64,000 nucleotides of DNA from an uncultured delta proteobacterium. Lineage in GTDB: Bacteria > Myxococcota > Kuafuiibacteriia > Kuafuiibacteriales > Kuafuiibacteriaceae. The stretch is from contig CAWDML010000003.1 of NCBI GenBank assembly GCA_963803435.1, positions 128,001-192,000 of the forward strand, read 5' to 3'. A program made the position numbers and the translations under genes. Positions 51,494-62,015 of the stretch are shown in pieces. The notes under the pieces were generated by a model. It was given only the letters and a program-made list of their open reading frames with translations. It was not told where the DNA came from and did not search any database. Within the stretch, counting starts at the first letter, position 1. The number at the start of each line of letters is the position of its first letter.

Positions 51494-53529
51494 GGTTCGG
51501 CACGCTCCACCGGGCCTCTCTCACGGCCGCCGCCGCGCTGCCGGTGATCGGCGTGATGGGGGGCTCGACGCTCCTGACCGCGTCGGGCGCAGTGCTCTTG
51601 ATCCTGCTGGTCGTCCGAGGCGGGAACCTCTTCGATCTGCCGCGATCGCGGCCGTTCACGATCGTCGTGCACGGGCTGACGATCCTGATCCTGATCTTCG
51701 CGATCCTCCTGTTTCCGCGGGCGCGGATCGACGCGGTGCTCCTCGTCGTCATGCTCGGCATCTTCAATCGCTGGTTGCTGCGCAGCGGGCACCGCGACGA
51801 TCTGATCGTGCTCGGGGCGGCGGCGGTGCTGCTGGCGGCCGCCACCACCATCACCCCGGGGATCGCGTTTGCGGTGATCATCGTGGCGTTCCTGGTGGCG
51901 TCGCTGTGGGCCGCCTTCAGCGGCCTGATCCTCTCCATGGCCGAGCGCGAGCCCAGCGACGAGGCGCGGCGGGCGACCTGGCTCCGGTTGGCGCGGCGAC
52001 CGGCGGGCCGGCTGCTGGGGCCCATCGCGGTGCTCTCGATTGTCTTCATGCTGATCGGCGCGTCGGTGATGCTGCTCTTCCCGCGCTACAACTTCAGCCA
52101 GCTGCTCTCGGCCGGCTACTTCATGTCGCTGTCCGGTCAGACCGACGAGATGGAGCTGCGGACCACCGGTGTGCCAAGCCCGGGCGGAGGCTGGGTCGCG
52201 ATGCGCGTCGAGCCGACGCCCGGACGTCCGCCCGGCAGCCTCGACGCGATGTACGCCTCGATGTCGGTCCTCGACGAGTTCGACGGTCGCACCTGGCGCT
52301 CCCACGTGAAGGATCCGCGCCGAGAGCTGTACCTGTACCACCCGAGCAATCTCTATCAGGGGCCGAAGGAGGCCTTCGCGCCCGACGTCGACGGCCCCAG
52401 CATGCTGCGCGTGACCCTGTTCAGGCGGGTGCCGCAGGATCAGCCCCACCCGGTGGCGGCGCTCGGACGCGACCGGCCCGGCTTCGTGGCGATGTACGCG
52501 GTCCGCCAGCTCGACAACGGGAGCGTCATCCGGGGCCCGCGCTGGCCGGGCACGCAGCTGGTGTACAAGGTCGATCCCGATCGGTCGGTGCCCACGTTTC
52601 CGCTCCCGGACCAGGCCCGCTTCCTCCAGCTCCCGGATGGGCTGGACCCGCGCGTCGTCGACCTGGCCGCGCGGCTGACGGCCGGCAAGACGACGGAGCG
52701 CGACAAGGCGCTGGCGATCGTCGCGCACTTCTCTCACGGCTACACGTACAGCCTCGAGCCCCTCGAGGGGGCGTCGAACGATCCCCTGGTCCGGTTCCTC
52801 TTCGAGGCCAAGAGCGGGCACTGCGAGCTCTATGCGGGTGCGCTCGCGGTGCTGCTGCGGCTCGCCGGCGTGAAGGCGCGCGTGGTCACGGGCTACTACG
52901 GGGGCTGGTGGAACTCGGTCGGTGGTTACCTCGAGCTCGGCGACTCGGACGCGCACGCGTGGGTCGAGGCCTACTACGACGGCGCCTGGCGGTGGCTCGA
53001 CGCGACGCCGGAGAGCCAGCGCGCCCGGCGCACGCAGAAGTCGTTCGTCTGGATCCTGGACACGTACGACGCCCTGGAGGCGTTCTGGCACGACAACGTG
53101 GTCGCGTTCGACGAACGACAGCGACGAGAAATGATGGGACGGCTGGCCCAGGATCTCGAGGGTCTGACCGCGCTGTCTTGGTTGGGAGGTGCGGACCCAA
53201 CATCGAGCGGAGCGACCACCGGGCGTTCTGCAAGTCGCCTTGCGCTGCCGGTCGTGGTCTTCCTCGCGCTGGCGGCCGTGCCGGTCCTCTGGTGGTGGCG
53301 CCGGCGCAACCTTCGGCCCGAGATCCTGGGCCTCCGCCTGCGGAAGGCGCTGGGAGGCCCGCGGAACGCCACCCTGGGGCGCACGCTCGCGGGCGTGTCG
53401 GTCGAGCTTCAACCCCTCGCGCGGGAGGCGATCCGCACGTACGAGCGCCACCGGTTCGGGCCCGAGGATGGCGCTCCGGACGCGTCGGTGGTGGCGGCGG
53501 CGATCCGCGCTCTCGAGCGGGCGAGCTGA
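51490..53529 (+). CDS. TgpA-like membrane transglutaminase (DUF3488 + TGase core)
   Basis: N-terminal TM segments; GHCELYA, HAWVE, DATP catalytic triad motifs. Confidence 0.9.
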   Translation: MRFGTLHRASLTAAAALPVIGVMGGSTLLTASGAVLLILLVVRGGNLFDLPRSRPFTIVVHGLTILILIFAILLFPRARIDAVLLVVMLGIFNRWLLRSGHRDDLIVLGAAAVLLAAATTITPGIAFAVIIVAFLVASLWAAFSGLILSMAEREPSDEARRATWLRLARRPAGRLLGPIAVLSIVFMLIGASVMLLFPRYNFSQLLSAGYFMSLSGQTDEMELRTTGVPSPGGGWVAMRVEPTPGRPPGSLDAMYASMSVLDEFDGRTWRSHVKDPRRELYLYHPSNLYQGPKEAFAPDVDGPSMLRVTLFRRVPQDQPHPVAALGRDRPGFVAMYAVRQLDNGSVIRGPRWPGTQLVYKVDPDRSVPTFPLPDQARFLQLPDGLDPRVVDLAARLTAGKTTERDKALAIVAHFSHGYTYSLEPLEGASNDPLVRFLFEAKSGHCELYAGALAVLLRLAGVKARVVTGYYGGWWNSVGGYLELGDSDAHAWVEAYYDGAWRWLDATPESQRARRTQKSFVWILDTYDALEAFWHDNVVAFDERQRREMMGRLAQDLEGLTALSWLGGADPTSSGATTGRSASRLALPVVVFLALAAVPVLWWWRRRNLRPEILGLRLRKALGGPRNATLGRTLAGVSVELQPLAREAIRTYERHRFGPEDGAPDASVVAAAIRALERAS

Positions 53530-53544
53530 TAGTATCCGCGCGCC

Positions 53545-55062
53545 ATGCGCAGCCTTCTCCTCGTGCTGTTCGCGCTGGTCGTCCTGGCGGCCACGGCGGT
53601 CCCCCTCCCTGCGATCGCGCAGGGACGGACCGCGACGATCGCGGCGACCCCTCCCGCGCCCGGCAGCTTGCTCGAGGCGCGCCGCACCAGCGCCGCCGAG
53701 CCCGCCGACTGGGGCGGTCGGGCGCGCAGCGGCGTCGGCCTCTTCGTGATCCTGGGCCTGGCGTGGGCACTCTCGTCGAACAAGCGGGCCATCGACTGGC
53801 GCCTGGTCGCGGTCGGTACCGGGCTCCAGATTGTCCTCGGGGTGGTGACGCTCTCTCCGCCGGGGCAGTGGTTCTTCGGCCAGTTCAACGAGGCCGTGCA
53901 GCGGATCCTCGAGTACACCGCCACCGGCTCCCGATTCCTCTTCGGCAACCTGGCGATGGGGAACAACGTGCCCGTCGGGGAGTCGGTGATCCCGATGCCG
54001 CCGGGCGGTCCGAGCCCCGCCTGGGAGGGCGTGGCCAAGATGGCGCCCGTCCTGACCACCCACCCGATCCACTGGGCGCCGATCGGCGCCTATTTCGCGT
54101 TCAGCGTGCTGCCCACGATCATCTTCTTCTCCTCGTTCATGGCCGTGCTCTACCACCTCGGACTGATGCAGAGGCTGGTCCGCGGGATCGCCGTCGTCAT
54201 GCAGAAGACGATGCGGACCAGCGGCGCCGAGACGCTCTCGGCCGCAGGGAACATCTTCGTGGGACAGACGGAGGCGCCGCTGCTCATCCGGCCCTTCGTG
54301 AAGGACATGACACTCTCCGAGCTGATGGCGGTGATGACCGGTGGCTTCGCGACGGTGGCCGGCGGCGTGATGGTGGCCTACGTCGGGATGCTCTCGGGCG
54401 TTTTCCCCGACATCGCCGGCCACCTGCTGTGCGCGTCGATCATGAGCGCGCCCGCCGCACTGGTGATGGCGAAGATCATGATCCCCGAGCCGGACCGCAC
54501 CGCCTCGAAGACGTTCGGCAGCCTCAAGATCGACCTGCCCAAGACCGACGCCAACATCATCGACGCGGCGGCGCGCGGCGCCAGCGAGGGCCTCCAGCTG
54601 GCCCTGAACGTGGGTGCGATGCTGCTGGCGTTCCTGGCGCTGGTCGCGATGATCAACGGCATCGTCGGGTGGGTCGGCGGACACATCGGCCAGCCCCAGC
54701 TCAGCCTGGAGGCGATCCTCGGCTGGGCGCTCGCGCCGCTGGCGTGGATCATGGGCGTCACCTGGAACGACGCCGGGACGATCGGAAGTCTCCTCGGGAT
54801 GAAGACCATCGTGAACGAGTTCGTCGCCTACGGCGCGCTCGCGCAGGTGGCCCCGGCGCTCGAGGCCAAGCGATCGCTCGTGATCGCGACCTACGCGCTC
54901 TGCGGCTTCTCCAACCTGGGCTCGATCGGGATCCAGCTCGGCGGTATCGGACCGATGGCGCCGGAGCGCCGATCCGATCTCGCGCGCATCGGCTTCCGCG
55001 CGATGGTCGCGGGCTCGCTCGCCTGCTTCGGGACGGCCTGCGTGATCGGGATGATGACCTGA
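53545..55062 (+). CDS. nupC: Concentrative nucleoside transporter (NupC/CNT family)
   Basis: FAFSVLPTIIFFS, NIFVGQTEAP, GFATVAG, NEFVAY, YALCGFSN. Confidence 0.92.
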   Translation: MRSLLLVLFALVVLAATAVPLPAIAQGRTATIAATPPAPGSLLEARRTSAAEPADWGGRARSGVGLFVILGLAWALSSNKRAIDWRLVAVGTGLQIVLGVVTLSPPGQWFFGQFNEAVQRILEYTATGSRFLFGNLAMGNNVPVGESVIPMPPGGPSPAWEGVAKMAPVLTTHPIHWAPIGAYFAFSVLPTIIFFSSFMAVLYHLGLMQRLVRGIAVVMQKTMRTSGAETLSAAGNIFVGQTEAPLLIRPFVKDMTLSELMAVMTGGFATVAGGVMVAYVGMLSGVFPDIAGHLLCASIMSAPAALVMAKIMIPEPDRTASKTFGSLKIDLPKTDANIIDAAARGASEGLQLALNVGAMLLAFLALVAMINGIVGWVGGHIGQPQLSLEAILGWALAPLAWIMGVTWNDAGTIGSLLGMKTIVNEFVAYGALAQVAPALEAKRSLVIATYALCGFSNLGSIGIQLGGIGPMAPERRSDLARIGFRAMVAGSLACFGTACVIGMMT

Positions 55063-55065
55063 CCG

Positions 55066-55512
55066 CTACTTCACGTACTTCGAGAGCATCCGGGCGAAGT
55101 TCGGGATCGCCTCGGAGACGTTCTTCTCACCGGTCGGTCGCAGCGAGTCGTACGCCTTCTTGATGGTGCGGTTTTCCACCTTCTGGGCGCGATCGTCGGT
55201 GACGCCGAGGAGGGCGTTCGCCACCTCGCTCTTTCGACCCATCAGATACTGATCGAAGGAGGGCGTCTTTCCGCCCGTCTCCCAGCTGCTGTGAAAAGGC
55301 TCGAGCTTCTCGACGAACCTGTCCAGCAGGCCGTCGAGCGCCTCCTTGATGATCGTCGGCTTGATCGCGGTGACCGCCTTGTACCCGGCCTTGATCGCGA
55401 GGCCCGAGATGCCGCTCTTCGCCTTGACCTCTTGGTCGACCAGCCGCACGGCGTCGTCGAGGACGTTCGGGCGATTCGGATCGGTGCACAGGATGTCCTT
55501 CAGCGTGGTCAC
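55066..55512 (-). CDS. Conserved hypothetical protein (DUF6918-like)
   Basis: LVDQEVKAKSGISGLAIKAGY, ALLGVTD, AYDSLR. Confidence 0.75.
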   Translation of the reverse strand: MTTLKDILCTDPNRPNVLDDAVRLVDQEVKAKSGISGLAIKAGYKAVTAIKPTIIKEALDGLLDRFVEKLEPFHSSWETGGKTPSFDQYLMGRKSEVANALLGVTDDRAQKVENRTIKKAYDSLRPTGEKNVSEAIPNFARMLSKYVK

Positions 55513-55518
55513 CGCTGC

Positions 55519-55533
55519 CCTGTATACTATAGG
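55519..55533. promoter_or_regulatory. Candidate bidirectional -10 element between divergent genes
   Basis: CCTGTATACTATAGG imperfect palindrome: TATACT on +, TATAGT on -, in a 36-bp gap. Confidence 0.5.
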
Positions 55534-55548
55534 ATCGCGGCCGTAAAC

Positions 55549-56079
55549 ATGACGCTCGCCCACCTCCTGCTCCTCGTGATCCCGTCGGCCCCGAACAGCA
55601 CCACGCTTCAGCTGCGCGAGCTGGCGCTGATCACGGCGGCGAGCCCCGAGATGCCCGCCATCAACAAGCGCGTGCGCTTCGGCGTACCGAAGGGCTGGAC
55701 GGGCGACCGCCACCCGAACGGGCGCTCGCTCACGCTGGCCGGGCCAAACGGCGAGGGCAAGATCCTCATCGCGGCCGCGCTTCACCCCGACGGGCTCACC
55801 CCGTACCTCGACGAGCTGAAGCAGGCCCATCCCGCCGCGACCCCGTCGCCGCCGGAGGCGATGGAGCTGCCCGGGATCAAGCCCGAGCGGATGGAGCGCG
55901 CCACGCGCTTCGTGATCACGGGTCGCGAGGTGGGCGAGATGATCCTCATCGAGAAGTTCGACGTGATCGTCTTGATCGTCACCGTCGTCGATCCGAACGA
56001 GTGGCAGGCGCTGCGTCCGGTGATGGCCAAGGTGTATCCGACCGTCGAGGTCGTGGATGTCCAGCCGAAGAAGAAGTGA
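55549..56079 (+). CDS. Hypothetical exported protein
   Basis: Hydrophobic N-terminus, GC3-rich codons, fills gap before thiD. Confidence 0.65.
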   Translation: MTLAHLLLLVIPSAPNSTTLQLRELALITAASPEMPAINKRVRFGVPKGWTGDRHPNGRSLTLAGPNGEGKILIAAALHPDGLTPYLDELKQAHPAATPSPPEAMELPGIKPERMERATRFVITGREVGEMILIEKFDVIVLIVTVVDPNEWQALRPVMAKVYPTVEVVDVQPKKK

Positions 56080-56878
56080 CCCCGCCCTCGTCCCGGTCGC
56101 CCTCACGATCGCGGGCAGCGATTCCGGTGGCGGCGCCGGGATTCAGGCGGATCTCAAGACGTTCGCCGCCCACCAGGTCTTCGGCCTCTCCGCGATCACC
56201 GCGGTCACCGCCCAGTCCACCACCGAGGTCCGCGCCGTCCACCCGGTCCCGCCGGCGATGGTGCGGGCCCAGGTGGAGACGCTCCTCGCAGACTTTCGGA
56301 TCGCTGCGGTGAAGACCGGGATGCTCGGATCGGCCGAGCTGATCCGGACGGTGGCCGATCTCCTCGACCGGATCGACGCGCCCGCCGTGATCGATCCGGT
56401 GATGATCGCCAGCAGCGGCGCTCCGCTCGCCGAGGCAGGTGCGATCGAGGCGACGATCGCGCTGCTGCTCCCGCGGGCTCGGTTGATCACGCCGAACCTC
56501 CCCGAGGTCGAGGCGATCCTGGGTGAGCGCCCGCGATCGCAGGCCGACATGATCGCGGCCGCGCGGGCCCTCGTCGATCGCGGGGCGCGCGCCGCCCTGG
56601 TGAAGGGCGGACACCTCGAGGCGGATGACCTCGTCGACGTGCTCTTCACCGAGGGTGAGGCCCACATCTACTCCGGACCGCGCATGCACACCGCGAGCAC
56701 CCATGGGTCGGGCTGTACCTATGCGGCCGCGATCACCGCGCACCTCGCGAGGGGTGTTCCGCTGACGGAGGCCGTGCGCGAGAGCCACGCTTGGCTGCGC
56801 GACGCGATCGCCACGGCGCCGGGGCTGGGCCGCGGCGCGGGCCCGCTCCATCACTTCCATCGTTGGTACCGGTGGTAG
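56057..56878 (+). CDS. thiD: Hydroxymethylpyrimidine/phosphomethylpyrimidine kinase
   Basis: TIAGSDSGGGAGIQADLKT, KTGML, DPVM, TPN, KGGH, THGSGC. Confidence 0.95.
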   Translation: MSSRRRSDPALVPVALTIAGSDSGGGAGIQADLKTFAAHQVFGLSAITAVTAQSTTEVRAVHPVPPAMVRAQVETLLADFRIAAVKTGMLGSAELIRTVADLLDRIDAPAVIDPVMIASSGAPLAEAGAIEATIALLLPRARLITPNLPEVEAILGERPRSQADMIAAARALVDRGARAALVKGGHLEADDLVDVLFTEGEAHIYSGPRMHTASTHGSGCTYAAAITAHLARGVPLTEAVRESHAWLRDAIATAPGLGRGAGPLHHFHRWYRW

Positions 56879-56916
56879 AACTTGCGCGACGACCGAGAGC
56901 CTCCTAGGTTCCGGCC

Positions 56917-57810
56917 GTGGAGGTGGGGCGCTGCCTGGGGCTGCTCTCGGCCCTGATCCTGAGTGGTTGCAGCGCAACCAAGGTCCTCGCGAACGCGCTG
57001 TCGGGATCCGGCGGCGTGTACGCGACCGACGACGATCCCGAGCTGATCCGCGACGCTGTGCCCTTCGGTCTGAAGACGATGGAGGGCGTGCTCGTCGAAC
57101 AACCCGAGCACGAAGGGCTGCTCCTCGCGCTGGCGAGCGGTTTCACGCAGTACGCGTATGCGTTCGTGCAGCAGGACGCGGATGAGATGGCGGAGGTGGA
57201 CATCGATCGCTCGCTCGAGCTCCAGCGGCGGGCCAAGAAGCTCTACCTGCGGGCGCGGGGCTACGCCCTCCGGGGCCTGGCCGTGCGCCACCCGGACCTC
57301 GAGCGGCGCCTCCACTCGGACGCGGATGCGCTCATGGCCGAGATGAAGGAGGAGGACGTGCCGCTCCTCTACTGGTCGGCGGCCTCGTGGGCGCTCGCCA
57401 TCTCTGGCTCGAAGGATCAGCCGGAGATGCTGGCCGACTTTCCGCTGGTCGGGAAGCTCGCCGGCCGCGCCCTCGAGCTGGACGAGACCTGGGGCGACGG
57501 TGCGATCCACGAGTTCTTCATCAGCTACGAGGCCGCCTCGCCGACGGGGAGCGCGGCGCGGGCGCGCGAGCACTTCCAGAGGGCGATCGCGATCTCGGAC
57601 GACGCCAAGGCCTCTCCGTACGTCGCGCTGGCCGAGGGCGTCGCGGTGAAGGAGCAGAACGCGAAGGAGTTCAACGCGCTGATCGACAAGGCGCTGGCCG
57701 TCGACGTCGACGCGCATCCGCAATACCGGCTTGCCAACGTCGTGATCCAGCGGCGTGCCCGGCGCCTCAAGAAGGCCGCCCCAGACCTCTTCTTCGAACC
57801 CGAGGGATGA
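56917..57810 (+). CDS. TRAP transporter TatT component lipoprotein
   Basis: LSGC lipobox; DDDPEL, SGFTQYA, RAKKLYLRAR, LYW; directly upstream of DctP. Confidence 0.85.
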   Translation: MEVGRCLGLLSALILSGCSATKVLANALSGSGGVYATDDDPELIRDAVPFGLKTMEGVLVEQPEHEGLLLALASGFTQYAYAFVQQDADEMAEVDIDRSLELQRRAKKLYLRARGYALRGLAVRHPDLERRLHSDADALMAEMKEEDVPLLYWSAASWALAISGSKDQPEMLADFPLVGKLAGRALELDETWGDGAIHEFFISYEAASPTGSAARAREHFQRAIAISDDAKASPYVALAEGVAVKEQNAKEFNALIDKALAVDVDAHPQYRLANVVIQRRARRLKKAAPDLFFEPEG

Positions 57811-57816
57811 CCACAC

Positions 57817-58830
57817 ATGCTTGACTCCGCAAAGTACGCCGCGCTCGTCGCGCTCGCGCTGATCGCTCACCCCTCCGACGCCGAGGCGAAGAAGGTGAAG
57901 ATCAAGCTGGGGACGCTCGCGCCCGAAGGATCGCCCTGGCACAACGGCCTGCTCCGGATCTCGCAGCGCTGGCAGAAGATCGCGAACGGCAACGTCGAGA
58001 TCAAGATCTATCCCGGCGGCGTCCTCGGGGACGAAGGCGACATGGTCCGGAAGATGAACGTCGGGCAGCTCCACGCCGGCACCATCACCGGGGTCGGGCT
58101 CGCGCTGATCACGCGCGCGACCTACGCGCTCCAGACGCCGATGATGATCCAGAGCTACGACGAGCTCGACTACGTCCGCGAGCACATGAGCGGCGAGATC
58201 GATCGCGAGCTGGAGGCCAGCGGCTTCGTGGTGCTGGGCTGGGGGGACGCGGGCTGGGTCCACTTCTTCGCGAAGTCGCAGGCGGTGAACGTCGACGACT
58301 TTCGCAAGCTCCGCATGTTCGTGTGGGCCGGCGATCCCTCGGCCGTCCTGGCCTGGAAGGCGGCCGGATTCACGCCGGTGCCCATGTCCGCCACGGACGT
58401 GATGAGCGGGCTCCAGACCGGGCTGATCGACTCCTTCGCCACCACGCCTCTCTACGCGCTGACCTCGCAGTGGTTCGGGCTCGCCAAGCACATGACCGCG
58501 GTGAACTGGACCCCGCTCAACGGCGCCACCGTCATGACGAAGGCGAAGTGGGACGAGCTCAAGGAGGTCGGTGATCAGGACGCGTTCCGGAAAGCGGCCG
58601 AGGAGGAGGTGGCGAAGACCAACCTCGAGGTGCGTGGCCTCGGAGAGAAGGCCGCCAAGGCGATGATCGAGCGCGGCCTCTCCGTGCACGAGCCCACGGC
58701 GGCCGAGCTGGCCGCGTGGAAGAAGGCCGCCGAGAACGCCTACCCCACGCTTCGCGAGAAGGTCATCCCCGCCAAGTTCTTCGACGAGGTCCAGCGCCTG
58801 GTGAACGAGTACCGCGCGAAGAAGAAGTGA
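57817..58830 (+). CDS. dctP: TRAP substrate-binding protein DctP
   Basis: KLGTLAPEGSPW, YPGGVLGDE, LQTGLID. Confidence 0.9.
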   Translation: MLDSAKYAALVALALIAHPSDAEAKKVKIKLGTLAPEGSPWHNGLLRISQRWQKIANGNVEIKIYPGGVLGDEGDMVRKMNVGQLHAGTITGVGLALITRATYALQTPMMIQSYDELDYVREHMSGEIDRELEASGFVVLGWGDAGWVHFFAKSQAVNVDDFRKLRMFVWAGDPSAVLAWKAAGFTPVPMSATDVMSGLQTGLIDSFATTPLYALTSQWFGLAKHMTAVNWTPLNGATVMTKAKWDELKEVGDQDAFRKAAEEEVAKTNLEVRGLGEKAAKAMIERGLSVHEPTAAELAAWKKAAENAYPTLREKVIPAKFFDEVQRLVNEYRAKKK

Positions 58831-60704
58831 CCTCCGCCTCGACCACCGAGCCGCGGACCACGAGCGGCTTCTTCGGCAAGGTCTTCGACGTCGAGGACGG
58901 GATCAGCACGGCCATCCTGGTCCTGATGGCGCTGCTTCCGATGATTGAGATCCCGCTCCGGATGTTCGGGCTCCAGCTGCCGGGCATGCTCCAGTGGGTC
59001 TCGCTCTTGACCCTCTGGATCGGGTTCTTCGGCGCCATGATCGCGGCGCGGGACAAGAAGCACCTGTCCCTGTCCACCGGCTCGACGTTCCTCAAGGGCA
59101 AGCCGGAGTACGTCGCGCGGCTGCTCTCGGTGGTGGTCGCGGCGGTCACCACGGCGGCGTTGGCCTACGGCGCCTGGTTCGCGGTGAAGGCGGAGATGAA
59201 CACCACCGAGATCCTGCCCGGCGGCATCCCCGGCTGGGTGGGCGCCCTGGCGATGCCTTTCGGCTATGCGGTGATCGCGGTCCGCCTGATCACGTCGAGC
59301 TTCAAGAAGGTGCTCGAGCGGCTGGCGATGATCGCAGCGGTCTGCCTCTTGCTCGGGATCCTCTATGCCTTGGATGTCAGCGTCGCCGAGACGCTCTTGT
59401 GGCCGCTCATCGTGGTCGTGATCCTGGCGACCGTCCTGGGCGCGCCGATCTACGTGACGCTCGGCGCGGCCGCGCTCCTCCTCTTCTGGGCGGACGACGA
59501 GCCGATCGCTGCCGTGGCCGCCGAGACCGTCCGGCAGATCAAGTCGCCGATCATGCCGACGATCCCGCTGTTCACCTTCACCGGCTATCTCCTCGCCGAG
59601 GCCAACGCCTCCAAGCGGTTGGTCCGCGTGTTCCGATCGCTCTTCGGCTGGCTCCCCGGCGGCATGGCGGTCATGACCGCGCTCGTCTGCGCGTTCTTCA
59701 CCACGTTCACCGGCGCCAGCGGCGTCACCATCCTCGCCCTCGGCGGCCTCCTCTACCCGATGCTGAAGAAGGAGGCCTATCCGGACGGCTTCTCGGTCGG
59801 CGTACTCACGGCGTCGGGGAGCATCGGCCTGCTGTTCCCACCCTCGCTCCCGGTGATCCTGTACGGCGTGGTCGCGCATGTCCCCATCGACCGCATGTTT
59901 GCGGCGGGGGTGCTCCCCGGGCTGGTGCTGGTGGGGGCCATCAGCGTGCTCGGCGTGAAGACCGGCCTTCGTCCCGAGGTCCGGGCGCGCGCCCAGCGCT
60001 TCGATTGGCGGGAGGCGGTGGCCGCGATCCGGGAGGCGATCTGGGAGCTCCTACTCCCACTGATCGTGGTGGGCGGCATCTTTCTCGGCCTCACCACGCT
60101 GGTGGAAGCCGCCGCGCTGACCGCCGCCTATGCGCTGTTCGTCGAGGTTGTCATCTACAAGGACCTCTCGGTGCGGCGCGACCTGGTGCGCGTCGGTCGC
60201 GACTGCGCGTCGCTGGTCGGCGGCGTGTTGATCATCCTCGGCGTCGCGATGGGCCTGACGTCCTATTTAGTCGACGCCGAGATCCCGGCGGCCGGTCTGG
60301 AGTGGGTCAAGAGCGGCATCGAATCGAAGTACGTCTTCCTGTTGGCGCTCAACCTGTTCCTCCTGGTGGTCGGCTGCTTGATGGACATCTTCAGCGCGCT
60401 CGTGGTGGTGGTGCCGCTGATCCTTCCCATCGCGCAGCATTTCGGCGTCGATCCGATCCACCTCGGCATCATCTTCTTGGCCAACCTCGAGCTCGGCTTC
60501 CTCACCCCGCCCGTGGGCCTCAACCTGTTTCTCGCCTCGTACCGGTTCGAGAAACCGCTGACCCAGGTCTACCGGTACTCGCTCCCCTTCCTGCTGATAT
60601 TGATCGTGGCCGTCTTGCTCATCACCTATGTCCCATGGCTGACGCTCGCACCGGTCCAGTGGATCTTCGGAAACCTGCCGGAAGCACCGCCGATCCAGTT
60701 CTAA
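58827..60704 (+). CDS. Fused TRAP small + large permease (DctQM)
   Basis: DctQ-like N-terminus (KHLSL), DctM motifs [21 protein letters not shown]. Confidence 0.9.
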   Translation: MTSASTTEPRTTSGFFGKVFDVEDGISTAILVLMALLPMIEIPLRMFGLQLPGMLQWVSLLTLWIGFFGAMIAARDKKHLSLSTGSTFLKGKPEYVARLLSVVVAAVTTAALAYGAWFAVKAEMNTTEILPGGIPGWVGALAMPFGYAVIAVRLITSSFKKVLERLAMIAAVCLLLGILYALDVSVAETLLWPLIVVVILATVLGAPIYVTLGAAALLLFWADDEPIAAVAAETVRQIKSPIMPTIPLFTFTGYLLAEANASKRLVRVFRSLFGWLPGGMAVMTALVCAFFTTFTGASGVTILALGGLLYPMLKKEAYPDGFSVGVLTASGSIGLLFPPSLPVILYGVVAHVPIDRMFAAGVLPGLVLVGAISVLGVKTGLRPEVRARAQRFDWREAVAAIREAIWELLLPLIVVGGIFLGLTTLVEAAALTAAYALFVEVVIYKDLSVRRDLVRVGRDCASLVGGVLIILGVAMGLTSYLVDAEIPAAGLEWVKSGIESKYVFLLALNLFLLVVGCLMDIFSALVVVVPLILPIAQHFGVDPIHLGIIFLANLELGFLTPPVGLNLFLASYRFEKPLTQVYRYSLPFLLILIVAVLLITYVPWLTLAPVQWIFGNLPEAPPIQF

Positions 60705-60742
60705 TTGACAAGCGGCCACCACTCATCGGCAATGGCTGCGCG

Positions 60743-61144
60743 ATGCATCTGAGGACGTTCACGGTCGCCCAGGCGAACGCCCTGATCCCCTGGCTCGACA
60801 CGCTCTTCAACGAGACGCGGCGGGCGGTCGAGGAGCTCCACGGGCTCCGGGTGGCGACGAGCCGCGCGCGCGTGGACGCAGGCGGGAGCGTCGAGCAGAA
60901 GGGCGGGGATCGCATTCGAGACCTCGAGGCGCAGATCAGGCGGCGGCTCGAAGAGGCCACCGCGCTCGGGCTCGAGGTGCGACGCGTGGACGGCCTCGTC
61001 GACTTTCCCGGGTGGATGGACGGCCAGCTGGTCTACCTCTGCTGGAAGTACGGCGAAACCGAGGTCACGCACTACCACCCGACCAGCGAGGGCTTCATGG
61101 GCCGTCGGGCCCTCCCCAGGCCGAGCCCCCCCGAGCTCAACTAG
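60743..61144 (+). CDS. DUF2203 family protein
   Basis: FTVAQANALIP, GLVDFP, VYLCWKYGE, GFMGR. Confidence 0.88.
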   Translation: MHLRTFTVAQANALIPWLDTLFNETRRAVEELHGLRVATSRARVDAGGSVEQKGGDRIRDLEAQIRRRLEEATALGLEVRRVDGLVDFPGWMDGQLVYLCWKYGETEVTHYHPTSEGFMGRRALPRPSPPELN

Positions 61145-61187
61145 CCCTTGATCCCAGGGAACGCGCGATGCCAGTCTAGCCCCGGCG

Positions 61188-61721
61188 ATGGCGTATACGA
61201 TTGTTGAGGACTGCACCGGCTGTACCGCCTGTGTGAAGCGCTGCCCGACGGACGCGATCAAGGGTGAGCGCAAGGGCCTTCACGACATCGATCCCGACCT
61301 CTGCATCGATTGTGGCGCGTGCGCGCCGGTCTGCGCCGACAACGCGATCTTCAACAACTACGGCGACCGGATCATGTTCAAGAAGAAGAAGAGCTGGCCG
61401 TTCGCCTTCGTCGACGAGATCAACTGCGTCGGCTGCGAGAAGTGTGTCGACGAGTGCCCGTTCGATTCGCTCCGCATCGTCGAGCATCCGACCACCTCCT
61501 CTTTCCACGGAATCTGCGTGGTGGACGAGAAGAAGTGCACCGGCTGCCGCATCTGCGAGTGGGCCTGTCCGTACGACGCCATCTTCATCTACCCCAAGGA
61601 TGAGCCGCCGGACTGGCTCCGCGAGGCGGTCCTCCCGCGCCCGCCCGAGCGGCAGGAAGAGGTCGATTGGCGCAAGTGGTCGACCTCCCAGGTCGTCGGC
61701 AACGTGGTCAACGACGAGTGA
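61188..61721 (+). CDS. Polyferredoxin with four CxxCxxCxxxC motifs
   Basis: CTGCTACVKRCP, CIDCGACAPVC, CVGCEKCVDECP, CTGCRICEWACP. Confidence 0.92.
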   Translation: MAYTIVEDCTGCTACVKRCPTDAIKGERKGLHDIDPDLCIDCGACAPVCADNAIFNNYGDRIMFKKKKSWPFAFVDEINCVGCEKCVDECPFDSLRIVEHPTTSSFHGICVVDEKKCTGCRICEWACPYDAIFIYPKDEPPDWLREAVLPRPPERQEEVDWRKWSTSQVVGNVVNDE

Positions 61722-62012
61722 CGACCCTCGCGCTGAAGGGCGTGGTCGACGCCGACGTCGCCGCTCTCTTCCTCGAAGAGCTGGCGAGCCTGAGCAGCTC
61801 GGACGCGCCGGTCACCATCGACATGCGGGAGGCCGAGCTCGGCGACGCCACCTTGATCGGCGCGCTGGTGGATCAGATTCCGACAGGCGGCCTCGCGGGC
61901 CGGTCGCGTCCAGCTCCTCGAGCCTCCGCAGATCCTCGCGCACAACCTCTACCTGGTGGGCGCGCTCGACGGCGACTCGACCATCCAGCTCGTCGATCCG
62001 CGTAACGCCTGA
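61718..62012 (+). CDS. STAS-like domain protein; apparent +1 frameshift
   Basis: LALKGVVD...VTIDM; removing one T from GATTC at 61876-61880 gives ...DQIRQAASRAGRVQLLEPPQILAHNLYLVG...*. Confidence 0.65.
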
Positions 62013-62015
62013 GGG

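Noticed and set aside
49431-53529. MoxR-DUF58-transglutaminase operon as a novel system
   Set aside because: Well-known, widespread gene triad; nothing unusual seen here.
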